From Alphaproteobacteria bacterium (lineage in GTDB: Bacteria; Pseudomonadota; Alphaproteobacteria; UBA2966), in NCBI GenBank assembly GCA_964291395.2, contig OZ219856.1:1920001-1984000 (forward strand): DNA of 64,000 nt, written 5' to 3'. The notes under the pieces are model-generated. The model saw only the letters and a list, made by a program, of their open reading frames with translations. It was not told where the DNA came from and made no database searches. Each line of letters begins with the position of its first letter. Positions within the stretch are counted from its first letter, which is position 1. Shown in pieces: positions 9,447-19,640 of the stretch. Position numbers and translations under genes: made by a program.

Positions 9447-9914
9447 TTAGCCCGCCCCCCGCCCGCCGAACAGGCCGCGCCATGTGTGGTGTTTAGGCTG
9501 TACCTCGTCTTTCCGCTCCAGCACGTCTTCGCGTGGACGTTCGCGCTGTTGCTGTAGTTCCTCCTGGACCTCTGTAACCCCCATACCTCCCCTAACAGCC
9601 GTAGCTGCAGGCGCTAGCCCCATCGGTTCTACAATAATTCGCCCGCGGCCGCGCCTGATCAGGTAGCCGTCACGCCTGATCTTGAGTTTGCCTTGCTGAA
9701 CCAAGGGCCAAAGAGCGTTTTCGATCACACCGATATTTTTCCTGGCCTTCTTCTCATCCGTCTGTGACGCAACCCACTCGGCGAACGCCCGATCACCGAT
9801 CTCGCTGCCAACAGACTTGCGCAGCGCCTTCAGCTTGCGGAGCTGCCCCTTCGTCAAGGCATCCTCGTCGATGGGTTTCACATCAATCTCTGACTTACTT
9901 GCGCTCCCGCTCAT
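9447..9914 (-). CDS. Small basic hypothetical protein
   Basis: IDEDALTKGQLRKLKALRKSVG...GYLIRRGRGRIIVE. GGAG RBS present. Confidence 0.65.
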   Translation of the reverse strand: MSGSASKSEIDVKPIDEDALTKGQLRKLKALRKSVGSEIGDRAFAEWVASQTDEKKARKNIGVIENALWPLVQQGKLKIRRDGYLIRRGRGRIIVEPMGLAPAATAVRGGMGVTEVQEELQQQRERPREDVLERKDEVQPKHHTWRGLFGGRGAG

Positions 9915-10198
9915 GTTCAGCTCGCTCCGACAGTGTCAACCTTCCCACTCGATTAGGTTATTGATTTACAGAGATTTTTCACCCTCGAGCGAGGAATTTC
10001 GATCTACCTAAATGGTTAGCAGGTTATCCTGTTATCCTGTTAACAGGCTATCCCTCTACTTTTCGCCTCATCGACCAGAAAACAGATCCGGTCCGGCTCC
10101 TGACACCAGCTGCATCCGGAGAGGGAGGGCCTCTCGCTCTGGGACAGTTACTTCGGCTCAAACCTCGCCCGCAATGGAATGGGAGTTGGTAGGCCCTC

Positions 10199-10939
10199 TC
10201 ACCAGACGGCAGCCATGGCTCCCACCGCCACGAGCAGCCATTGCGCCACGCGCCGGTAGAGCGCGGCCGGCGTGCCGCGAAAGACCCGCGAGCCGATCCA
10301 GACGGTCGCCAGGTAGGTCGGCAAGTAGAGCGATATCTTCAACAGGTCGCCGGCCGCCAGGCCGCCCGCGGCCGCGAGGTAGCCAAAGCCCCCTACGGTG
10401 AGGGCGCCGATGACGACGATCAGGTTGGCCCGGATCGCCGCGACGGGCTCTGTCGAGGAGACCAGGTAGAGGGTGGCGATCGCACCGCCCACGCCGCCGA
10501 GCCCCGTCGCCAGTCCGCTGGCGGCGCCGACAATGGCGTTGATCGCCGTCGTCCGGGGCCCCCGCCAGCTCCAGCCCCGGAGCATGGAGAGCCCGGCGGC
10601 CAGCACGAACAGCCCGATGCCCCTGCGGACCAGGACCGGATCGATGTTCAGCAGCGCATACGTGCCGATCGGCATGACCGCCAGGGCGACAAGAACGATC
10701 GGCGCGCTCTCCCGCCAGTTCATCAGCGGAAGGGCGCCGGGCAACAGCTGCACCGTGCCCACCAGGCCTCCCGCCAGGACCACGACGATGGCCGTGGTGG
10801 GAGGGTAGATCAGGCTGAGGACGGGAATGGCGAACACCGCTCCGCCAAACCCCGTGAACCCCCGGAGCAGGCCCGCCACGAGCCCCACCGCGAGCGTCGC
10901 GAGCGCAGGCAGGGTGAACAGTTCCGCCGCTATGGACAT
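10199..10939 (-). CDS. Sulfite exporter TauE/SafE family membrane protein
   Basis: AGLLRGFTGFGG repeat motif, about 8 TM segments. Confidence 0.88.
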   Translation of the reverse strand: MSIAAELFTLPALATLAVGLVAGLLRGFTGFGGAVFAIPVLSLIYPPTTAIVVVLAGGLVGTVQLLPGALPLMNWRESAPIVLVALAVMPIGTYALLNIDPVLVRRGIGLFVLAAGLSMLRGWSWRGPRTTAINAIVGAASGLATGLGGVGGAIATLYLVSSTEPVAAIRANLIVVIGALTVGGFGYLAAAGGLAAGDLLKISLYLPTYLATVWIGSRVFRGTPAALYRRVAQWLLVAVGAMAAVW

Positions 10940-11031
10940 CGCGGCTACCTATCACAGCGCGGGAAGTCCGGCCCACCGGTGCGCGGCGACCGGCCCGTGA
11001 ATTCCCGCTCCGGCCCGTTCCCCGCGACGTC

Positions 11032-11131
11032 GCCCGCATCTCCCAAACGGGAGAGATGGATGAAGAAGTTCGAGCAGCCCCGAAAGTGTTGGCCCCGAGC
11101 CTGCGGCATGTCGGCGACCGATATCACCAAC
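11032..11131. repeat. Inverted copy of 12360-12496 (3' end of the LuxR gene plus downstream DNA), with an internal deletion of about 35 bp
   Basis: Direct sequence comparison. The reverse complement matches on both sides of the deletion. Confidence 0.9.
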
Positions 11132-11250
11132 CCTAAATTGGGGACTTTCTCTCCCGTTTGGGGGATAGCGTGGAAAGCATTACTGCTTAAAGATCGACCC
11201 AATGCACAAACGATACGTCTTTGTCAGGACGTGGAGCGGCGTAAATCGTC

Positions 11251-12429
11251 ATGGGTGAGCAAGAGATCTTCGAGCGCATTCTTGGGTCATTGAACGAAGC
11301 CATGCTCGATGATGCCCACTGGCCGGCAACCGCGGCTCTGGTCGACGAGGCCCTCGGCTCGAAAGGGAATATCATCGGCTGGGGGAGTGGAGGCCTCCAA
11401 AACGACATCCAAATCCTCTTCTCGCAGTGCTGCTTCCGCGGGGAGCGCAACGAGGATCTGGAGCGGCTTTATTTCGGGACCTATTTCCCCGTGGACGAAC
11501 GTGTTCCCCGCATCATGCAGCTGCCGGACAGCCGGATTGTTCACGTCGGCTCCCTCTACACCGACGAGGAGAAGAAGACTTCCCCGGCATACAACGAGGT
11601 AACGACTATCACCCATACCCGGGACAGCCTGCATGTATGTCTCGACGGGCCGGACGCCTCGCGCATCGGTTGGGTGATCGCCGACCGGGTCGACGACGAC
11701 GGCTGGTCGGCCGACCAGATCCAGACGATCGAGCGTCTTCTGCCGCACGTGCGCCAGTTCATGCGGGTCAGACACGCGCTGGTCAATGCTCAGGCGCTGG
11801 GATCGTCGGTCACCGCGCTGCTCGAGAACACCCGATGCGGGGTCATCCAACTGGACCCGCGGGGACGGATCGTGGCAGCGAACGACCGGGCCCGCGACGT
11901 CTTGCGGAAAGGCGACGGTCTGGCGGACCAGGACGGACTGCTGCGCGCCTCGCTGCCGGCGGAGAACGATGCCCTCCAGGCGCTGCTGGCGCGAGTCCTG
12001 CCGCCCTTCGGCGGCCAGGGCGAAAGCGGCTCGATGACGGTGAGGCGCGCGACCGTCTCGCCGCGGCTCGTGCTACACGCGAGCCCTGTCACCGGGGAAA
12101 AGATGGATCAGCGTGCGAGCCGGGTCGCGGCGATCGTGCTGGTGGTCGATCCGTCGAACCAGGGGCGCATCGATCCGGATCTGGTGGCCGGGATTCTCGG
12201 CCTCACGCCGGCGGAAGCCCGCGTGGCGGTAATGCTGGCGCAGGGCCTCACCGTCCGGAACATAGCCGCCGCGACGGGGCGGACCCAGGGCACTGTCCGC
12301 ACACACATCAAGCATATCTTCGACAAGCACGAGATCTCCCGGCAGGTGCAACTGGTGCAGTTGGTGATATCGGTCGCCGACATGCCGCAGGCTCGGGGCC
12401 AACACTTTCGGGACCGCTCATCGCCGTAG
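11251..12429 (+). CDS. PAS-domain LuxR/CsgD-family HTH transcriptional regulator
   Basis: GVIQLDPRGRIVAAN (PAS) and GLTPAEARVAVMLAQG...TVRTHIKHIFDK (LuxR HTH). Confidence 0.9.
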   Translation: MGEQEIFERILGSLNEAMLDDAHWPATAALVDEALGSKGNIIGWGSGGLQNDIQILFSQCCFRGERNEDLERLYFGTYFPVDERVPRIMQLPDSRIVHVGSLYTDEEKKTSPAYNEVTTITHTRDSLHVCLDGPDASRIGWVIADRVDDDGWSADQIQTIERLLPHVRQFMRVRHALVNAQALGSSVTALLENTRCGVIQLDPRGRIVAANDRARDVLRKGDGLADQDGLLRASLPAENDALQALLARVLPPFGGQGESGSMTVRRATVSPRLVLHASPVTGEKMDQRASRVAAIVLVVDPSNQGRIDPDLVAGILGLTPAEARVAVMLAQGLTVRNIAAATGRTQGTVRTHIKHIFDKHEISRQVQLVQLVISVADMPQARGQHFRDRSSP

Positions 12430-12495
12430 CGAGAGCCGAGCTCGTACGGGCTGCTCGAACTTCTTCATCCATCTCTCCCGTTTGGGAGATGCGGG

Positions 12496-12981
12496 CTATT
12501 CGACGTACAGGCCGCGCCGGCGGTGCCAGTCCGCGATCGATTCGCTCGGGTAGCGGTCGAAACGCGCCTCGCCCGGTCCTTCGGGAACCGCGGTCCACGG
12601 CGCCTTGAAGTCGAGCATCATGTGCACGCGCTCGCGCGGCTGCGGCAGCGGCGTGTCGATCGCCGAGGCGAACGGGTAGATCCAGTCCGGGTAGAGCTCG
12701 TTGGCGGCCCACAGCATGGTGCCGCAATGGCGGCAGAAGAAGCGATGGGCCGTGTCGAGCTTGTCGGGATCGCCCTCGTGGCGCTTGACCCGGTAGTCGG
12801 CGACGGCGTCGGGGTCGCCGAGCGCCAGCGTCGCGGCCTCGGCCATGATGTTGATGGCATAGCCGCCACCGCCACCCACCTTGCGGCACAGCGAGCAGTA
12901 GCACAGCATGAAGGGCTCGGGCGTGTGCGATTCGGCCGTGAACGTCGCCGCGCGGCAATGGCACGAACCTTCGAGCAGCAT
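12496..12981 (-). CDS. GFA/CENP-V family protein
   Basis: GSCHC, CYCSLCRK and FCRHCG zinc motifs. Confidence 0.9.
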   Translation of the reverse strand: MLLEGSCHCRAATFTAESHTPEPFMLCYCSLCRKVGGGGGYAINIMAEAATLALGDPDAVADYRVKRHEGDPDKLDTAHRFFCRHCGTMLWAANELYPDWIYPFASAIDTPLPQPRERVHMMLDFKAPWTAVPEGPGEARFDRYPSESIADWHRRRGLYVE

Positions 12982-13068
12982 GATTTCCTCCTTGGGCTGG
13001 GTCGGCCGCCGTTTCCGAGACGGCACGCTACCACGGTCCGTCCCGGCCATCGCGGTCCGGTGGCGTCC

Positions 13069-13260
13069 CTACTCCTCCCGAAGCGAGCGCGAGAAGTAGT
13101 CGGTGAGCGGCTTGGCGAGGTAGCTCAGCGGAGAGCGCTCGCCGGTGCGGAGATGCACCTCCACCGGCATGCCCGGCGCGAGCGCCAAGTCGCGCGCTTC
13201 GCCGGCGCCCGGTCGGAGAGGTTCCTCGGCGACCTCCGACGCCGCAGGCTCGAAGGCAAC
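13069..13260 (-). pseudogene. C-terminal remnant of a HlyD/PrtE type I secretion adaptor
   Basis: LAPGMPVEVHLRTGERSPLSYLAKPLTDYFSRSLREE is the typical HlyD C-terminus. The rest of the gene is absent. Confidence 0.75.
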
Positions 13261-13327
13261 GGATTGGTCCGGCCCGCCCCGTGACCTATGGTGCCGCGCC
13301 ACGGGGCCAGCAGATCGGAGTCCAGCA

Positions 13328-13933
13328 ATGGCGAGAAAGCATCGCGACGTCGAGGTTATCGCCCGCGACACCGTCTTTCAGGGCACCTATCGGGTCGACC
13401 GCTACCGCCTCAAGCACAGGACGTTCGCAGGCGGATGGAGCGAAGAGGTGTCGCGGGAGGTGTTCGAACGCAAGCACGCCGCGGCGCTGCTCCCGTACGA
13501 TCCGGTGCGCGACGAGGTCGTCCTGATCGAACAGTTCCGCGCCGGTGCGTACGCCGCGGGGCGGGACCCTTGGCTGATCGAATGCGTCGCCGGGCTGATC
13601 GAGGAAGGTGAAACCCCCGAAGACGTCGCGCGCCGCGAAACCCTGGAGGAGACGGGCCTCGAGCTGCTGGGGCTCGAGCGCGTCGGCGGCATCTTCGCCT
13701 CTCCGGGCGCCGTCTCAGAGTTCGTCGACATATTCCTGGGACGGGTCGACGCGGCGGGCGCGGGCGGCCTGCACGGCCTCGACCGTGAGCACGAAGACAT
13801 CCGTGCCTTTGCCCGTCCCGTTCACGAGGCCATCGACCTCTTGAGCGAAGGACACATCCTGGTCGGCCACACCGTCGTGGCCTTGCAATGGCTGGCCATT
13901 CACCGGGACGACGTTCGACGACGCTGGACGTGA
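13328..13933 (+). CDS. nudF: ADP-ribose pyrophosphatase (Nudix)
   Basis: Nudix box AGLIEEGETPEDVARRETLEETG, plus VVLIEQFR and EHEDI. Confidence 0.9.
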   Translation: MARKHRDVEVIARDTVFQGTYRVDRYRLKHRTFAGGWSEEVSREVFERKHAAALLPYDPVRDEVVLIEQFRAGAYAAGRDPWLIECVAGLIEEGETPEDVARRETLEETGLELLGLERVGGIFASPGAVSEFVDIFLGRVDAAGAGGLHGLDREHEDIRAFARPVHEAIDLLSEGHILVGHTVVALQWLAIHRDDVRRRWT

Positions 13934-13937
13934 CGGC

Positions 13938-14290
13938 TCATGGCGGCGTCCCGGTCCCGGTCAGCTCGATGCGTTCGCCGTAGCGGCGAAAATCCGAGTC
14001 GCCGAAGGTCAGCAACCGGCGCTCCGCATGGGCCGGCATGGTGGCCGCGACGTTGGCGTCGTGGACCCGTTTCCCCGCCACCGGAACCTCCCGGCACAGC
14101 GCGGCCAGCATGTCCGTCACGTGCGGGCCGTCTTCGAGAGCCTCGAAAGTCGCACCCAACCACGCGGCATCGTTCAGGGCCTCGGTCATCGACAGCGGGG
14201 CGGACCAAACCTGCGGGCGGGTCACAGTCGACAAATACTCGCGCATCACCTGGCGGCTGACGCGCATGGGCTCGCCGCTTTCATGGGCTC
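13938..14290 (-). pseudogene. 5'-truncated PIN-domain (VapC-like) toxin
   Basis: QVMREYLSTVTR...KRVHDANVAATM...LLTFGDSDFRRY. The N-terminal DTNV motif is missing. Confidence 0.65.
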
Positions 14291-14529
14291 GGACGGGGCC
14301 GCGCGCGCAAGCACTTCCTGTCGGAGCAGGTGTTCGACCGGCTGGGCCCGCGTGCTCGCCGACCCTCCGTGCGGCGGGCTTCCCGAGCAAGCCGTTCCCT
14401 GCGCGGAGCCATCGTCAAACACTCCACAGGAATGAACGGTTCCGACTTACCGAAGGCAGGATGGACGGCGATGGCCGTCAAAGACATCGTTGCGAGCGGT
14501 TCGGCCGCTTCGGCGCTGCGCCAGAGATC

Positions 14530-15406
14530 CTACCAGTCCAAGCCCTCGAAGAATCCGATCATCTCGGCGTTGGCCCGATCCGGCGCTTCGTAAGGCGCGA
14601 AGTGACCCACGCCTTCGAAAACCTCGACGTCCACGTCGGTGAAGCACTCGCCCAGCCGGTCGCGCCACTCGACCCGGAGGATCTTGTCGTGCTCCCCCCA
14701 CCGCACCGCGGGTCGGGACCGCAATCGGCGCGAGTTCGCCGAGGTCGCCGCGCACCGTCCTTATCCGGTTTTCGTGATTGGCCTTGTACCAATCGAAGCC
14801 GCCCTGGACGTTGCCCGGCTTCATGTAGTTGTCGACCCAGATCTCGAGGTCATCGTCGAAGGCATGCGGGTCGTGGCTCCAGTGAGACAGGAAATGCGAG
14901 ATGTAGGCCCGGCAGTTCTCGCGGCTCGAGGCGACCAGCGGCGCGGCGAAGGGCAGTTGCTGAAAGGCCTGATACCAGACCTCCTTCACGTGATCGACGG
15001 CATACCAGCGATCGCCGATCTGCGGATAGGGAAAACTGTACAGGAACAGGCCCGAGACGCGCTCCGGATGCCGCCGCGCGTATTCCTGAATGATCCAGGG
15101 CGCGAAATCGTGACCGACGATACCGACTCGATTCCACCCCAGGTGATCGATCAGCGCGGCCAGATCCGCGACGTAGTCATCCACGGTCGGCGTCCGCTCG
15201 TGTTTCTCCGAATCGCCGAAGCCGCGCCAGTCCGGAGCGACGACGTCGAAACGCTCCGCCAGCGCCGGGATGTTCTTGTGGTAGACGTACCAGAACTCCG
15301 GATAGCCATGGCACATGACGACGGGGCGCCCGGAGCCGTGCCGGACGTAGTGGATTCTGGCATCCGGCAGGTCGGCGTACCGGTGGTTCCAAGCGAAATC
15401 GCTCAT
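14530..15406 (-). pseudogene. Alpha/beta hydrolase (epoxide hydrolase-like), frameshifted near 14707
   Basis: HGYP, PDWRGFGDS and GHDF motifs. The C-terminus (WGEHD...GVGHFAPYE) is in another frame after one extra base. May be a sequencing error. Confidence 0.75.
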
Positions 15407-16434
15407 GGGCCGGCCTCGCGGGAGTCGCAGGACATGGCATCGGCGAAGGCGCCACGGTACCCGAACAGCCCGGCGCTTCCGCCAGTGTGAATGAAGACGA
15501 CGTTCTCGTCCCTGGCAAAACGACCGTTGCGGACGAGGTCGATCAGTCCGGCCATCCCCTTTCCCGTGTAAACGGGGTCCAGGAGAATGCCCTCGAGGCG
15601 CGACAACAGGGTAACCGCTTCGATCATCCCGTCCGTGGGCACGCCGTAGCCGCCCCCGACGTAGCCGCAGTCCGCCACCACCCGCGCCCGCTCGATCTCG
15701 ATGCCCGTATCCAGCATGTCCGCGGTGCGGCAGGCGAGACCGTGCACCCTTTCCTCCTGTACCTCCCTGGGCGCGTTGACGCCGATTCCAAGGACGGGGA
15801 CACCGCTGGACGCGCCTTCGAGACCCGTCACGAGGCCGGCCTGGGTTCCGGCGCTGCCGGTAGCATGCACGACGTGGTCGATGCGAAGGCCCTGCTCGCC
15901 CGCCTGGCCGAGAAGCTCCATCGCGCAATTGACGTAACCCAGGGCGCCGGTCGGGTTGGAGCCGCCGCCGGGAATGACGTAAGGCGTTCCCCCCTCGCCC
16001 CTGATCTCTCCGGCCACCTCGGCCATCGCCGCGTCCATGTCCGTACCGCCCCGGTAGTGACGGATGCGCGCGCCGAAAATCCGGTCGAGGAAGACGTTGC
16101 CGGACCGCGTGAAGTCGGGGTCCTGACTGCCGGTGCGGTTCTCCAGCAGGACCTCGCATCTCATGCCCAGCTTCGCCGCGATCGCCGCGGTTTGACGGCA
16201 GTGGTTCGACTGCGTGGCCCCTTGGGTGATGACCGTGTCGGCGCCGTTTTCCACCGCGTCCGCCATCAGGAATTCGAGCTTTCGGGTCTTGTTGCCGCCG
16301 GTGGCGAGGCCGGTCTGGTCGTCCCGCTTGATGTAGATATTCGGTCCCCCGAGCTCCCTCGTGAGATTGAGGAGCGGCTCGAGCGGCGTCGGCAGGTGGG
16401 CGAAACGCAAACGGGGGAAACGGCCGAGATTCAT
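15403..16434 (-). CDS. cuyA: PLP enzyme of the D-cysteine desulfhydrase family, most similar to L-cysteate sulfo-lyase
   Basis: [58 protein letters not shown]. Divergent from comDE-like genes. Confidence 0.7.
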   Translation of the reverse strand: MNLGRFPRLRFAHLPTPLEPLLNLTRELGGPNIYIKRDDQTGLATGGNKTRKLEFLMADAVENGADTVITQGATQSNHCRQTAAIAAKLGMRCEVLLENRTGSQDPDFTRSGNVFLDRIFGARIRHYRGGTDMDAAMAEVAGEIRGEGGTPYVIPGGGSNPTGALGYVNCAMELLGQAGEQGLRIDHVVHATGSAGTQAGLVTGLEGASSGVPVLGIGVNAPREVQEERVHGLACRTADMLDTGIEIERARVVADCGYVGGGYGVPTDGMIEAVTLLSRLEGILLDPVYTGKGMAGLIDLVRNGRFARDENVVFIHTGGSAGLFGYRGAFADAMSCDSREAGP

Positions 16435-16554
16435 GCGAAGCCTTCTCTCGTGTCGACTCGACGGCGGGAGCGCACTCATAGCACGGCGACGCGGCCCCGT
16501 ACGTTTCCAACCGCAGATATTTTGAGGTAGAGAAAGCTGCGGACTGGAGGATCC

Positions 16555-17091
16555 ATGACCGAATCCCCGCCGGCCTGGCCGGACGGCATCTACGCGTCCT
16601 TGAAGGCGCTCGGCGTGCGCCAGGTGCCCTACGTGCCCGACGCCGGCCACACGCGTCTCATCGAGATGTGCCTGAACGACAACGAGATGCGCGCGGTGCC
16701 GCTGACCACGGAGGAGGAAGGCGTCGCCATGCTGGCGGGAAGCTGGCTCGGCGGCCAGCGCGGCGCGCTGCTGATGCAATCGAGCGGCATCGGCAATTGC
16801 GTCAACATGTTCTCGACCATCCGGGTGGGGCGCTACCCCTTGCTGACGCTGATCACCATGCGCGGCCAATGGGGCGAAGCGAACCCCTGGCAATTGCCCA
16901 TGGGCCGGAACGCCGCCGCGATCCTGAAGCTGTCCGGGTTTCAGGTCCTCGACCTCGACGCGGCCGACATGGCCGCCGAAACGGTCGCCGCGGGCGGCCG
17001 GACGGCATTCGAAGCCAATCAGATGGTCGCCGTGCTCATCTCCCAGCGCCTGATCGGCTCCAAGGCGTTCGCGCCGGCGGAGGACGGTTGA
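16555..17091 (+). CDS. comD: Sulfopyruvate/phosphonopyruvate decarboxylase alpha subunit
   Basis: [31 protein letters not shown]. Confidence 0.75.
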   Translation: MTESPPAWPDGIYASLKALGVRQVPYVPDAGHTRLIEMCLNDNEMRAVPLTTEEEGVAMLAGSWLGGQRGALLMQSSGIGNCVNMFSTIRVGRYPLLTLITMRGQWGEANPWQLPMGRNAAAILKLSGFQVLDLDAADMAAETVAAGGRTAFEANQMVAVLISQRLIGSKAFAPAEDG

Positions 17092-17092
17092 A

Positions 17093-17713
17093 ATGTGGGA
17101 TCCGGGCCGCGCCGACCGTTACCCCCTGCGCCGTCGCGAGATCGTCGAACACCTCATCAAGGACATGGACGATCTGCTGATCGTCGCGGGGCTCGGCGCG
17201 CCGGCCTGGGACACGACGGCGGCGGGAGACCGCGACCTCATCTATCCGCTGTGGGGCGCCATGGGCGGGACCGCGATGATCGGTCTCGGCCTCGCGCTGG
17301 CGCAGCCGGACCGTCGGGTCCTGGTCATCACCGGCGACGGAGACATGCTCATGGGACTGGGCTCACTCGCCACCGTCGCCCTCCAGGGACCCGCCAATCT
17401 CTCGATCGTCGTCCTGGACAACGAGCGCTACGGCGAAACGGGAATGCAGGCGACGCACACGGCCGGCCCCGCGGACCTCGCCGCCGTGGCGCACGCCTGC
17501 GGGTTCGAGCAGGCGGCGACGCTCTACGACGAGGAAGAGTTCGACCGGGCGACACCCACCATTCTCGAGGGCGAAGGACCCCTGTTCTTCGCCATCAAGG
17601 TCCGCGCCGAAGAGCCGCCCCTCGTCCTCCCGCCACGGGACGGCGCCCATCTCAAGGACCGCTTCCGCATGGCGCTTCTCGGTCCGGGACAAGGCGTGAA
17701 CCCGGCGGTCTGA
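17093..17713 (+). CDS. comE: Sulfopyruvate decarboxylase beta subunit (ThDP-binding)
   Basis: WGAMG and the ThDP motif GDGDMLM...DNERYG. Confidence 0.75.
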   Translation: MWDPGRADRYPLRRREIVEHLIKDMDDLLIVAGLGAPAWDTTAAGDRDLIYPLWGAMGGTAMIGLGLALAQPDRRVLVITGDGDMLMGLGSLATVALQGPANLSIVVLDNERYGETGMQATHTAGPADLAAVAHACGFEQAATLYDEEEFDRATPTILEGEGPLFFAIKVRAEEPPLVLPPRDGAHLKDRFRMALLGPGQGVNPAV

Positions 17714-17849
17714 CCGGGTATCGGCCGGCGCGCCGTCCACGCCGAAGCCCATCCCCAAAGCCTTGAAGGCGGCGTGGGGCGCCGCTACAGTCCACGGCCT
17801 GAATTGGGCCTTCGGCCGGCACCAGGCGAGACCACGAAACGCACGGAAC

Positions 17850-18875
17850 ATGGACGTTCGCGACGGATTCACCGACACCATCGGCAGCACGCCCCTCCTC
17901 AGGCTTCGCAAGCTGTCCGAGGAAACCGGCTGCGAGATTCTCGGCAAGGCCGAATTCCTCAACCCCGGCAGCTCCGTCAAGGATCGGGCGGCCTTGTTCA
18001 TCGTCGAGGATGCCGAAAGGAAGGGCCTGTTGCGGCCGGGCGGCGTGATCGTCGAGGGGACCGCGGGGAACACGGGCATCGGATTGGCCCTGGTCGGGAA
18101 TGCGCGGGGCTATCGTACGGTGATCGTCATCCCGGATACGCAGACCCAGGAAAAGAAGGACATGCTGCGCATGTGCCGCGCGGACGTCCGCGAAGTACCC
18201 GCCGTTCCCTACCGGGATCCGAACAACTACGTGAAATACTCGGGACGGTTGGCCGAAGAGCTCGGCAGAACGGAGCCCAACGGCGCGATCTGGGCGAACC
18301 AGTTCGACAACACGGCGAACCGGGACGGTCACTATCGGACCACCGGTCCGGAGATCTGGGAGCAGACGGACGGCAAGGTCGACGGGTTCATCTGCGCCAT
18401 CGGCACCGGCGGCACCCTGGCGGGCGTCAGCGCGTTCCTCCGCGAGCGGAACAAGGACGTGAAGGTCGGCCTCGCCGACCCGTTGGGCGCGGCGCTCTAC
18501 AACTACTACGCCCATGGCGAGCTGAAGGCGGAAGGCTCCTCGATCACCGAGGGCATCGGCCAGGGGCGCATCACCGCGAACATCGAAGGGCTCGAAGTGG
18601 ACTTCCCATACCAGATCCCCGATGAGGAATGGCTCCCCTACCTCTACGGTCTGGTGGAGGACGAGGGTCTGGTGCTCGGCAGTTCTTCGGGAATCAACGT
18701 CTGCGGCGCGGTCAAGCTCGCCAAGGAACTCGGCCCGGGGCACACCATCGTGACGGTGTTGTGCGACTACGGCGCCCGCTATCAGAGCAAGCTGTTCAAC
18801 GCCGAATTCCTCAGGGAAAACGGTTTCGAGTTTCCGGACTGGGTCGAACGGATCGGCGGCGGACCTCAGGGATAA
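17850..18875 (+). CDS. cysK: Cysteine synthase A
   Basis: KAEFLNPGSSVKDR, EGTAGNTG, NQFDN, GTGGT. Confidence 0.9.
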   Translation: MDVRDGFTDTIGSTPLLRLRKLSEETGCEILGKAEFLNPGSSVKDRAALFIVEDAERKGLLRPGGVIVEGTAGNTGIGLALVGNARGYRTVIVIPDTQTQEKKDMLRMCRADVREVPAVPYRDPNNYVKYSGRLAEELGRTEPNGAIWANQFDNTANRDGHYRTTGPEIWEQTDGKVDGFICAIGTGGTLAGVSAFLRERNKDVKVGLADPLGAALYNYYAHGELKAEGSSITEGIGQGRITANIEGLEVDFPYQIPDEEWLPYLYGLVEDEGLVLGSSSGINVCGAVKLAKELGPGHTIVTVLCDYGARYQSKLFNAEFLRENGFEFPDWVERIGGGPQG

Positions 18876-18902
18876 GCGTGCGGCGCTGACGGAACCGAAG
18901 TG

Positions 18903-19607
18903 ATGGAACGGATATTTCGGGAAGACGCCTACGCCCGGACGTGCGCGGCCACGGTCGTTTCCGTGGACGAACGGGGCATTCAACTGGATCGAACCGTGTT
19001 CTACCCGACGGGCGGCGGACAGCCGGGAGACCGCGGCACTCTCACGACGACCGACGGAACCGCGGTTCCCATCGTCAACGCGGTCAAGGGTGACGGACCG
19101 GACGGCGTCCTGCACGTTCCAGCGGAGGACGCGCCGCCGATTTCGGCCGGTACGCGGGTTACGGCGGAGATCGACTGGAAGCGGCGCCACCGCCTGATGC
19201 GCATGCACACCTGCATGCACCTGCTCTCCGCCATTCTCCCCTATCCCGTTACGGGCGGTCAGGTGGGCGACGAGAAAGGCCGGCTCGACTTCGACATCCC
19301 GGAGGCCAATCTCGACAAGGAGCAGATCACGGCGGAACTCAATCGCCTCATCGAAGAGGATCATCCGGTCGGTTCGGAATGGATCACCGACGAGGAACTC
19401 GACGCACGGCCCGACCTGGTCAAGACGATGGCGGTGAAGCCCCCGCGGGGCCCGGGCCGCGTACGCCTCATCCGCATAGAAGGCCAGGATCTGCAACCGT
19501 GCGGCGGAACTCACGTCCGGCGCACCGGCGAGATCGGCCGCGTCCTGGTCGACAGAATCCAGAGCAAAGGAAAGCAGAACCGGCGCGTCTCGCTCTCTTT
19601 CGTTTGA
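18903..19607 (+). CDS. alaX: AlaX-M alanyl-tRNA editing protein
   Basis: FYPTGGGQPGD, MRMHTCMH, CGGTH. Confidence 0.9.
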   Translation: MERIFREDAYARTCAATVVSVDERGIQLDRTVFYPTGGGQPGDRGTLTTTDGTAVPIVNAVKGDGPDGVLHVPAEDAPPISAGTRVTAEIDWKRRHRLMRMHTCMHLLSAILPYPVTGGQVGDEKGRLDFDIPEANLDKEQITAELNRLIEEDHPVGSEWITDEELDARPDLVKTMAVKPPRGPGRVRLIRIEGQDLQPCGGTHVRRTGEIGRVLVDRIQSKGKQNRRVSLSFV

Positions 19608-19640
19608 CGGGCGTCCGCCACGATCGGGGGATCAGTTCCC

